64,000 bases of DNA from a virus (lineage: Duplodnaviria; Heunggongvirae; Uroviricota; Caudoviricetes), in IMG/VR virus record IMGVR_UViG_3300029288_000055, positions 160,001 through 224,000 of that record; one strand, 5' to 3'. The notes under the pieces are model-generated. The model worked only from the letters and a program-made list of their open reading frames with translations. It did no database searches and was not told where the DNA came from. Of the stretch, positions 40,153-46,982 are shown one piece after another (within the stretch, counting starts at the first letter, position 1; every line of letters begins with the position of its first letter). The position numbers were made by a program, and so were the translations under genes.

Positions 40153-40245
40153 ATGAAAAATTTATTCGACATATTGGTAGCAGTCCTCATGGTGGATGTC
40201 CTATTATGGGCAGCCGAAGAGGATGATCTATGCGTAGTCGGGTAA
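40153..40245 (+). CDS. Attenuator leader peptide 2: MKNLFDILVAVLMVDVLLWAAEEDDLCVVG
   Basis: 22 of 30 residues are L/V/D/A/E/W, matching the downstream tRNAs; the 3' end is the antiterminator strand. Confidence 0.82.
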   Translation: MKNLFDILVAVLMVDVLLWAAEEDDLCVVG

Positions 40246-40282
40246 TACTTTGAATATTACAACCTCCTTTCTTATAAAAAAG

Positions 40283-40316
40283 AAACCCGACTACCCTAAA
40301 TTTAGTCGGGTTTTTT
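40283..40316 (+). terminator. Attenuator terminator 2
   Basis: AAACCCGACTA-ccctaaatt-TAGTCGGG then TTTTTT; the 5' arm pairs 10/10 with GTAGTCGGGT at 40234-43. Confidence 0.88.
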
Positions 40317-40356
40317 GTTTTTAGTGGTTGTAGGTTCTTTGACATGTTGGAATTTT

Positions 40357-40435
40357 GGTGCTGGGGTCTGCTTGGTGTGGACGCATGACTGTCACTCATG
40401 ATATCAGGAGGGTTCGATTCCCTTCAGCACCGCCA
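40357..40435 (+). tRNA. tRNA-Asp(GUC)
   Basis: GGTGCTG/CAGCACC acceptor, G73 and CCA; CATGA-ctgtcac-TCATG. Confidence 0.9.
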
Positions 40436-40544
40436 TTCTCAACCGAAAGCAAGTAGGTTACTGGTGAAGCGGAGATCGTGACTCCAACCTTGATGGTTCG
40501 TTCCTGAGAGGGCATGGTTGCAAAAAACAGTTTGGGGATATTTT

Positions 40545-40617
40545 CGAGGCTGTGGTGTAATGGCTAACATACCTGACTGTCACTCAGGTGTCTGGGGTTC
40601 GAGTCCCCCGGTCTCGG
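40545..40617 (+). tRNA. tRNA-Asp(GUC)
   Basis: CCTGA-ctgtcac-TCAGG; GGTTCGAGTCC T-arm; slightly irregular T/acceptor junction. Confidence 0.82.
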
Positions 40618-40794
40618 CACATTTTTACTGCCAAAGCAGTAAAAAATAAAAATTTGAGGTAAAAAGTATCGTTAATATCACTTTTTTATTTACTTTTACC
40701 GTTTTGGCAGTAAAAAACGACTATTTGTTAAGAAATAATAATTTGTTTCAAATAAAGTGCATTATTTTGCACTAAATAAATTAATAAAGTATTT

Positions 40795-41397
40795 ATGAAT
40801 ATGAATGAAAATATTATATATGGTTTAAAAGACCCAAGGACTGATGAATATAAGTATGTTGGTAAATCAATAAAAGGAATCGAAAGAGCAAACTCACACT
40901 TAACACATTCTCATAATCCATTGGTTAATGAGTGGATTAATGAACTTAAAATGGATAGTTATGTTCCACTTGTTGTTATTTTGGAAAATGTTTCTGATTG
41001 GACACAATTGATCGATAAAGAAAAATATTGGGTCGGGAAATTAACCGATGAAGAACACGATTTATTTAACATTTTAATTACAGATTCATATAACAATACG
41101 CTGGATTCCTATAATAAGAAATTGATACAACAAATAAAAGATAGGGAAAAAGTGTTAAATGAAAAGTTAAATAAATCATTAATGCAATTCGGTAGTGAAT
41201 CAGATGTTGGTGATTTAATAAAAAGAAGACGTAAAACTCTAAAAGTAACACAACAACAACTTGCAGATATTTCTGGGGTTGGGTTACGAACAATAAAACT
41301 AATTGAATTAAACAAATCAAATGCGACTATTAATACTTTAATGAAAATATTTGATACTTTAGGTTATGAACTTTTCATTAACTTAAAAACAAAATAA
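40795..41397 (+). CDS. GIY-YIG-like endonuclease fused to a C-terminal XRE HTH
   Basis: IYGLKDPR...YKYVGKS...RA..H...E..W; C-terminal RR..L.VTQQQLA..SGV...TI..IE. Confidence 0.7.
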   Translation: MNMNENIIYGLKDPRTDEYKYVGKSIKGIERANSHLTHSHNPLVNEWINELKMDSYVPLVVILENVSDWTQLIDKEKYWVGKLTDEEHDLFNILITDSYNNTLDSYNKKLIQQIKDREKVLNEKLNKSLMQFGSESDVGDLIKRRRKTLKVTQQQLADISGVGLRTIKLIELNKSNATINTLMKIFDTLGYELFINLKTK

Positions 41398-41400
41398 TAT

Positions 41401-41483
41401 GCTGCGTTATACAAGCGACTAAAGTAGACAGACCTTCAATCTGTCATCGAAAGATTTCGTGGGTTTGAATCCCACACGCAGTA
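41401..41483 (+). tRNA. tRNA-Glu(UUC), C33, long variable arm
   Basis: GCTGCGT/ACGCAGT acceptor; ACAGA-ccttcaa-TCTGT; T-loop TTTGAAT. Confidence 0.7.
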
Positions 41484-41580
41484 CGATGTTGAGGTGGTAT
41501 TACACGGGGAAAAGAAAGTCCCTGCTGATAATCTAAAAAATGTGGACAGCATGTGGGTATAAATCCCGCCAACTACACCT

Positions 41581-41652
41581 GCTCGATTCTTCTAATGGAA
41601 AGGAAAGCTGACTCTCAATCAGTTAACGGCAGTTCGATTCTGCCATCGAGTA
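41581..41652 (+). tRNA. tRNA-Glu(CUC)
   Basis: GCTCGAT/ATCGAGT acceptor; GCTGA-ctctcaa-TCAGT. Confidence 0.88.
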
Positions 41653-41657
41653 CAAAT

Positions 41658-41732
41658 GCTCGGTTCGTCTAAGGGTTAGGATGTAAGACCTTCAATCTTA
41701 AAATACGGGTTCGATTCCCGTACCGAGTACCA
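41658..41732 (+). tRNA. tRNA-Glu(UUC), C33
   Basis: GCTCGGT/ACCGAGT acceptor with ACCA; TAAGA-ccttcaa-TCTTA. Confidence 0.88.
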
Positions 41733-41847
41733 AAATGGGGCATAAAAACCCCAGATGTTAAGTAAATGGGGAAAATATGCCCCATACTACAAAAATGTAG
41801 TATATTATCAACAAAAATGCCAGTTATGATGATAATATACAACAAAT

Positions 41848-41936
41848 GCACTTTTAGCTCAGTCTGGTTCAGAGCGCAACCCTTACAAGGTTGAGGCGAA
41901 TAGTTCACGGGGGTTCGAATCCCTCAAAGTGCACCA
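41848..41936 (+). tRNA. tRNA-Val(UAC) with extended variable region
   Basis: GCACTTT/AAAGTGC acceptor with ACCA; CAACC-cttacaa-GGTTG. Confidence 0.88.
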
Positions 41937-41938
41937 AT

Positions 41939-42014
41939 GCTCTTTTAGCTCAGTTGGGTCAGTAGCGTCTGTTTTACAAGCAGAAGGTCGTAGGTTCGAA
42001 GCCTACAGGGAGCA
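41939..42014 (+). tRNA. tRNA-Val(UAC)
   Basis: GCTCTTT/AGGGAGC acceptor; TCTGT-tttacaa-GCAGA. Confidence 0.88.
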
Positions 42015-42126
42015 CAAAGGTCCGCACACAGGGGCGGACCTTAAATATAGGTAAAATAACCGATATAATGCATTTATCGGTTGTAGAGGCGATAAAGAGT
42101 ATTTATCGTGTGTAGAATGCATAAAC

Positions 42127-42208
42127 GTCCATATGTTGTAATTGGTAGCCAAGCTGGTCTAAGAAGCCAGTGCCGTAAGGCGTGTCGGTTCGACTCCGAC
42201 TATGGACA
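42127..42208 (+). tRNA. tRNA-Leu(AAG)
   Basis: GTCCATA/TATGGAC acceptor with A73; CTGGT-ctaagaa-GCCAG; long variable arm. Confidence 0.88.
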
Positions 42209-42217
42209 CAACAAAAC

Positions 42218-42292
42218 GCAGGTGTAGCCGAATGGTCAAGAGGCAGCAGTTTTAGAAACTGAAATTTGCGGGTTCGACTCCCGCCACCTGTA
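42218..42292 (+). tRNA. tRNA-Leu(UAG), short variable loop
   Basis: GCAGGTG/CACCTGT acceptor; CAGT-tttagaa-ACTG. Confidence 0.82.
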
Positions 42293-42357
42293 CAAACGTT
42301 CTCTTTGAGTAGTAATATTCATTAAATTTGGTAGCAATATCAAGTAGGGAACACCAA

Positions 42358-42433
42358 GCGGATGTGCTGGAACTGGTATACGGGTTGGCTTCAGACACCA
42401 ATATTAATGAGGGTTCGAGTCCCTTCATCCGCA
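42358..42433 (+). tRNA. tRNA-Leu(CAG), short variable loop
   Basis: GCGGATG/CATCCGC acceptor; TTGGC-ttcagac-ACCAA. Confidence 0.78.
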
Positions 42434-42511
42434 CCGACCTTATTCTGGATAACGAAGCAAATAGTTCCAGACACTCAGTCCTGAAGTCATGGTTCAGGAG
42501 TAAGGACAACT

Positions 42512-42584
42512 GCCCCGTTGACGTAATCGGCAACCGTATCAGTCTTAAAAGCTGAGTTTCACAGTTCGAATCTGTGACGGGGTA
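42512..42584 (+). tRNA. tRNA-Leu(UAA), short variable loop
   Basis: GCCCCGT/ACGGGGT acceptor; TCAGT-cttaaaa-GCTGA. Confidence 0.82.
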
Positions 42585-42588
42585 CAAA

Positions 42589-42789
42589 GGTGAATGCTGT
42601 TACTTATTTGCAGTAGTAACACCACCTGTGCCGAATAACTTGTAGAGAGGAAAGTAGTACTTTTCAATACTTTGTGGATTGCAAATATACATTGGTTGAG
42701 TTATTAAAAAGGCACACACGGGCGTAAGAGTAATTCTCTGTAAGTCGGGTTGATCACCGAAGTAGGTTAAAATCCTACTACGTTCACCA
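42589..42789 (+). ncRNA. Putative ~200-nt structured RNA with tRNA-like acceptor stem and T-arm
   Basis: GGTGAATG/CGTTCACC-A end pairing, AGTAGG-ttaaaat-CCTACT, several internal hairpins; sits between two tRNAs. Confidence 0.5.
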
Positions 42790-42790
42790 C

Positions 42791-42864
42791 GGGGTCGTGG
42801 CTCAATTGGCTAAAGCATCTGCCTTGCACGCAGAGGACTGTGGGTTCGAGTCCCACCGACTCCA
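42791..42864 (+). tRNA. tRNA-Ala(UGC)
   Basis: GGGGTCG/CGACTCC acceptor with G3:U70; TCTGC-cttgcac-GCAGA. Confidence 0.92.
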
Positions 42865-42901
42865 CAAACAAAGGTCCGCAAATATTTGCGGACCTTTACT
42901 T

Positions 42902-42975
42902 GGGGCATTCGCTTAGTTGGCTAAAGCATCTGTTTTGCAAGCAGAAGATCGTGGGTTCAACTCCCACATGCTCCA
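42902..42975 (+). tRNA. tRNA-Ala(UGC)
   Basis: GGGGCAT/ATGCTCC acceptor with G3:U70; TCTGT-tttgcaa-GCAGA. Confidence 0.9.
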
Positions 42976-43092
42976 CACAATCCATAATAATAAGGCAAGT
43001 AACAAATCTTGTGTTCGTGGGAACAACATGTCCGTGCGTGCGCAGGGATAAATTGGTTGATGCTCCAATCGTGCCCACGAAGGGTTGCACTT

Positions 43093-43179
43093 GTAGGTGT
43101 ATTCCGTAATGGCGAAATTGGTTATGTCATCCATGTAACAAGGGTTGGAATGTTAGAGGTTCGAGTCCTTTCATCTACA
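43093..43179 (+). pseudogene. Degenerate tRNA, anticodon not assignable
   Basis: GTAGGTG/CATCTAC acceptor and AGAGG-ttcgagt-CCTTT T-arm; irregular core. Confidence 0.5.
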
Positions 43180-43185
43180 CAAACA

Positions 43186-43264
43186 ACGGATTTAACATAG
43201 TGGCAAGTGTTGCACCTTAAGTCCTGCGTGGCTGGTAACGGTGGTTCGATTCCATCAATCTGTT
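43186..43264 (+). pseudogene. Degenerate tRNA (possibly Leu-derived)
   Basis: ACGGATT/AATCTGT acceptor, GGTGG-ttcgatt-CCATC T-arm; broken anticodon stem around CTTAAG. Confidence 0.45.
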
Positions 43265-43273
43265 GTTAAAAAT

Positions 43274-43356
43274 ACGCAAGTTGCCGAGTGGTTAAAGGCA
43301 CGGGTCTCCAAAACCCGCAGAGAAATCTTTCGTGGGTCCAAATCCTACCTTGCGTG
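43274..43356 (+). tRNA. tRNA-Trp(CCA) with long variable arm
   Basis: ACGCAAG/CTTGCGT acceptor with G73; CGGGT-ctccaaa-ACCCG; atypical T-loop. Confidence 0.72.
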
Positions 43357-43367
43357 CAAATTAAAAT

Positions 43368-43439
43368 GCGTCTGTCGTCTAATGGCTAAGACAACGGCTT
43401 CCAAACCCGTGAATAAGGTTTCGATTACTTTCAGACGTG
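43368..43439 (+). tRNA. tRNA-Trp(CCA)
   Basis: GCGTCTG/CAGACGT acceptor with G73; ACGGC-ttccaaa-CCCGT (one mismatch). Confidence 0.7.
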
Positions 43440-43490
43440 CTAAAATCAGATAATTATGAAAACGCAAAAAGCAATGTGCATCCTAAAAGG

Positions 43491-43907
43491 ATGCTTACCA
43501 GAGAAGAAAAAAGACGTAGAAGACATAGTGATGAATTCAACAGAATTTTCACATTTTTCTTAAAGTCTTATCGCTACAAAATACTTGATTTTTCAGGTAT
43601 TGAAGTGAAAACAAATATGGACATTAATGAAGACGATGGTAAAGTCTGTTTCAAAAATTTTGACAACGGTGAATACAAAAGCATGAATTCAATGCCAACC
43701 AGACATCCAAACATATTGAAGGGTGTAATTGTTGGAAAAAAATCATGGGGTTTACATGTAAAGATGTGGTCTGAAGGTATCTCCGAAGGTACATTTACCA
43801 AAAGAGAAATCTTACAACAATTTATAGATAATAAGATTGAAATACCAGAGCCATTTCTAATTGATCTTGATAACACAATATTAAAGAAATTTCGAATGAA
43901 GCAATAG
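43491..43907 (+). CDS. Hypothetical protein
   Basis: The track start overlaps a tRNA; ATG 43491 is preferred. Confidence 0.6.
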   Translation: MLTREEKRRRRHSDEFNRIFTFFLKSYRYKILDFSGIEVKTNMDINEDDGKVCFKNFDNGEYKSMNSMPTRHPNILKGVIVGKKSWGLHVKMWSEGISEGTFTKREILQQFIDNKIEIPEPFLIDLDNTILKKFRMKQ

Positions 43908-44048
43908 TAAAAATCGCAGGTATGTACTGCAGGTTGGCGTTCTATCCAAAAGAACTAAAAGCACAATTACCACTGAGGGCAGTTAATTCTGTACCCAAGA
44001 GCAATATCAGTTAGCAGTACACTATTGTTTCAAAAAATTAGAATATTT

Positions 44049-44076
44049 TGTAACTTTTTGGTTTTTTCTTCGTATA
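44049..44076 (+). promoter_or_regulatory. ECF-sigma-like promoter TGTAAC-N16-CGTATA
   Basis: Identical hexamers and spacing to the copy at 27086-27113 on the - strand. Confidence 0.55.
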
Positions 44077-44376
44077 AAGAGTATTAATTTAATAAGAAAG
44101 GAGCAAGTCTTCAAAACACGAATTAAATACAGAGGATGTTGGTGGTGGAAAATTGTACATTACAATTATTTTCATAAGAAACTTTTTAAAAATTTTTATG
44201 TACAAAAGAAAAAGAAACCATTTACCAATAGAGAAATTAAAAAATATGAACTATATAAAAAATTCGATGATTTAATTACATTGAGACGAGTGGATTGGTT
44301 AAGAAAGTTTATATTTCTCATTGAGCCATAAATTTTCAGTATTTATTTGTAACATTTTTAATTAAAAATTATAATA

Positions 44377-44769
44377 ATGAAAAAAATATTATCATTACTT
44401 TTATTACTGGTATCCTTGACAGCTTTTTCACAGAGACATCAACACGAAAAATACTATCAGGATAAGTTTGCTGAATTAATTTATGGAAGAACAGAAGTTG
44501 TTCTTGATGACAGGGCACGTGTTGATATTGTAACTGATACATTTGCAATTGAAGTTGATTTTGCACCTAAATGGGCAGAAAGTATCGGTCAATCTTTGTA
44601 TTATGCTGAAAAACTTCACAAAAAAGCAGGTGTTTTATTGATAATAAAAGGAAATGACGATCAAAGATATACTGAAAGATTAATTACTATCGCAAAAAAA
44701 TATAATATTACTATTTGGTTTATAGACTATACATCTGAAAAATGGAAGACGAAAAAATTTATATTTTAA
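44377..44769 (+). CDS. Signal-peptide-bearing protein with PD-(D/E)XK-like nuclease fold
   Basis: MKKILSLLLLLVSLTAFS signal; E...RVDIV....AIEVDF..KWAESIGQSLYY. Confidence 0.6.
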   Translation: MKKILSLLLLLVSLTAFSQRHQHEKYYQDKFAELIYGRTEVVLDDRARVDIVTDTFAIEVDFAPKWAESIGQSLYYAEKLHKKAGVLLIIKGNDDQRYTERLITIAKKYNITIWFIDYTSEKWKTKKFIF

Positions 44770-44810
44770 TTGTTGTTTTTCTCATTGTAATATATTAAAT
44801 TTGAGGCATT

Positions 44811-45524
44811 ATGTATATCATTGCAAAGAAAAAGGATTATTATGATGGTGTCGTTGGCACAATGGGTGTTGACAAAACATTGGTCTATGAGCGTGAAACT
44901 CAAGAATTTGAAGGTGATGACATACCCGTAATATTTGAAAGAAAAAGAGGTTATTGGGGTATGAATCGTACAAAAACTCCTTTTCATCAAATGAATTATC
45001 ATCAAATAAAAAAAGAATTTCGAAATGTTTGTGACGAGCACTCATATTTCATTATTGGATTTTGTGGCAAACTCTACATTGGTTGGAAACTTTACAGAGT
45101 AATAAATTCAAATGATGAAGTCAGCACAGAATTCACATATGATAATGAATATATGAAGAAAATCTTAGAAGATAAAAGCTGGGATGGTACTCTTAGTGAT
45201 AGCATTAACTACGTTCAGTCATTTAATGCACTTCAGATTTTTAGGGATTTAAAAAGTCCAGCTTTTGTGTATGACAGCGATTACGGTAGAACAAAACGTA
45301 ATAATAATCATCATTCGAAATTCATTATCAATCCATTGTTGAAAAACTATGAATTTTTCAAGATGTTTGACAGTTTTCAAGCATTTCAGGAAGTTTCGAT
45401 GTTTATAGGTGGAGTACTTGGTAAAGGTGAAAAAGAAATAACTGAAGTTGCTGATAAATATAAGATTACACAACATGGTTTTAATAAATGGTCATTCAGA
45501 AAAGAACCAAAAATAAAGAAATAA
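44811..45524 (+). CDS. Hypothetical protein
   Basis: ORF track; TAAATTTG host -7 element just upstream. Confidence 0.75.
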   Translation: MYIIAKKKDYYDGVVGTMGVDKTLVYERETQEFEGDDIPVIFERKRGYWGMNRTKTPFHQMNYHQIKKEFRNVCDEHSYFIIGFCGKLYIGWKLYRVINSNDEVSTEFTYDNEYMKKILEDKSWDGTLSDSINYVQSFNALQIFRDLKSPAFVYDSDYGRTKRNNNHHSKFIINPLLKNYEFFKMFDSFQAFQEVSMFIGGVLGKGEKEITEVADKYKITQHGFNKWSFRKEPKIKK

Positions 45525-45526
45525 TT

Positions 45527-45787
45527 ATGAGAAAAGAAAATAGAGATGCATTAATTGAGGCATTGCAAACACATTTGGATACCAGAGATAAAAGGTTTAT
45601 GTTTTTGAAAATAGAATTTAAAGATTTTGTTTCTCGAATAAACCTTGAAGGTTCTGCACATGATACTGCTTGGAATATTTATTCTGAATTTGAAAAGAAT
45701 CAAATGTTGGGTTCTTTAATGGCATGTATAAACCATGTTTTCGATACTGAATTATATTTGGATATTATTAAAAAACGAAACGTATGA
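45527..45787 (+). CDS. Hypothetical protein
   Basis: ORF track; start moved to 45527. Confidence 0.6.
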   Translation: MRKENRDALIEALQTHLDTRDKRFMFLKIEFKDFVSRINLEGSAHDTAWNIYSEFEKNQMLGSLMACINHVFDTELYLDIIKKRNV

Positions 45788-45975
45788 AAGTAAAAATTGG
45801 TGATAAAATCGTTGATGCTGAAAATGAACCAATTATGTTGATTTTCAGTGATGAAAAAGAAAGAAAAGCAGTAGCTAAAAACATAAAAGATATGGCAACT
45901 CAAGCATTAAAATACTGTACATTTCCAAATGAAATGCTCGCAGCAGATGTGGTAAAATTTATGAAAACAGAATGA
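45784..45975 (+). CDS. Hypothetical protein
   Basis: ATGA overlaps on both sides. Confidence 0.6.
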   Translation: MKVKIGDKIVDAENEPIMLIFSDEKERKAVAKNIKDMATQALKYCTFPNEMLAADVVKFMKTE

Positions 45976-46334
45976 AAAAATCAATTGCAGAAAAATATAA
46001 AGACAGAAAGGTTAATCCAAAGTACTATCAGACAATTAAAATAAGTGGTGGTATAGAAGGCGAACCAAAAACACTAACCAGAAAAGAGTTTCAAGAGGGT
46101 AAACAGGGTATAGTTTGGGCAGACAATGAAACAGGTAAACTCGTGTTTGAAGATGAAGAAAAACCAATTGGATTAATAGAAGGCATAAGGCAATATGAAG
46201 CCAACAAGCCACCAGTAAGACTTGAATCAGAACTTAATAAGGCATATAAAGGACAAAACAATATGACAATATATGGTGGCTTTGAGTTCATTGAAAAATT
46301 AAGAAAATTGTTACCAAAGAAATATTTTAAATAA
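45972..46334 (+). CDS. Hypothetical protein
   Basis: ORF track. Confidence 0.6.
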   Translation: MKKSIAEKYKDRKVNPKYYQTIKISGGIEGEPKTLTRKEFQEGKQGIVWADNETGKLVFEDEEKPIGLIEGIRQYEANKPPVRLESELNKAYKGQNNMTIYGGFEFIEKLRKLLPKKYFK

Positions 46335-46335
46335 C

Positions 46336-46719
46336 ATGACAAATTCAGGTGAAGATATGAAAAAGATGCTGGAAAGAATACAGCGTGAACAAACAGAAAG
46401 AATGAAAAAAATTAATGAAAGGGTTTGTGGTTCAGTAAAAAATCCTTACGTACCCACTACAACAGCTTCTTTTCTCAATCCACAAAGAAATTCAAATGAT
46501 ATGTTTGAGCAACTGGCAAAAGAAAATAAAAAATTAACAGAAGAAAAAATTAAATTGAACCTTAAAATATTACAATTGGAAAAAGAAAAATATGAACTTA
46601 TGGAAAATTACGCAAAACTTAAGTCATATATTGAAGCCAATAAAGGTCAATTTTGGACTGATTTAAATAAAAACATTAAAAGTATTTATCAAAGAATAAT
46701 TAACTGGTTTAATACCTGA
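46336..46719 (+). CDS. Hypothetical coiled-coil protein
   Basis: ORF track. Confidence 0.6.
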   Translation: MTNSGEDMKKMLERIQREQTERMKKINERVCGSVKNPYVPTTTASFLNPQRNSNDMFEQLAKENKKLTEEKIKLNLKILQLEKEKYELMENYAKLKSYIEANKGQFWTDLNKNIKSIYQRIINWFNT

Positions 46720-46723
46720 CAGT

Positions 46724-46918
46724 ATGAAAAGGTTTAATGTAGCAAAATTTGAAATCGAAGAACGATTGGCACATATAGATTATACTGGTGATATTTCTGA
46801 TATTGGCAACGAAATTGGTATTATTATTGGTAAATATATTGACAAAGAAAACACTGTTGAAGATTTTATTCGTGGTTTAAAACACGGAATATCATTAACT
46901 GATGGCACACACGCTTAA
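46724..46918 (+). CDS. Hypothetical protein
   Basis: ORF track. Confidence 0.6.
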   Translation: MKRFNVAKFEIEERLAHIDYTGDISDIGNEIGIIIGKYIDKENTVEDFIRGLKHGISLTDGTHA

Positions 46919-46982
46919 GGTCAAAATTTAAATAAACATTAAATAATTAATTTTTTAATGTTTGTGGTTCTTTAAAAATATC

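Noticed and set aside
41401-41732. Reading CCTTCAA loops as UCA (opal suppressor / Sec) tRNAs, and alternative genetic code
   Set aside because: The 5-bp stems fix a 7-nt loop with central TTC (Glu). Long genes are intact in code 11, and TAG and TGA both end genes.
43274-43439. Calling these two tRNAs Gly(UCC)
   Set aside because: Stem register centres CCA and the discriminator is G73, favouring Trp; the second gene has a stem mismatch, so some doubt remains.
41669-43453. Several 60-110-aa ORFs on both strands in tRNA cluster 2
   Set aside because: All overlap recognisable tRNAs or structured RNA and have no protein-like features.
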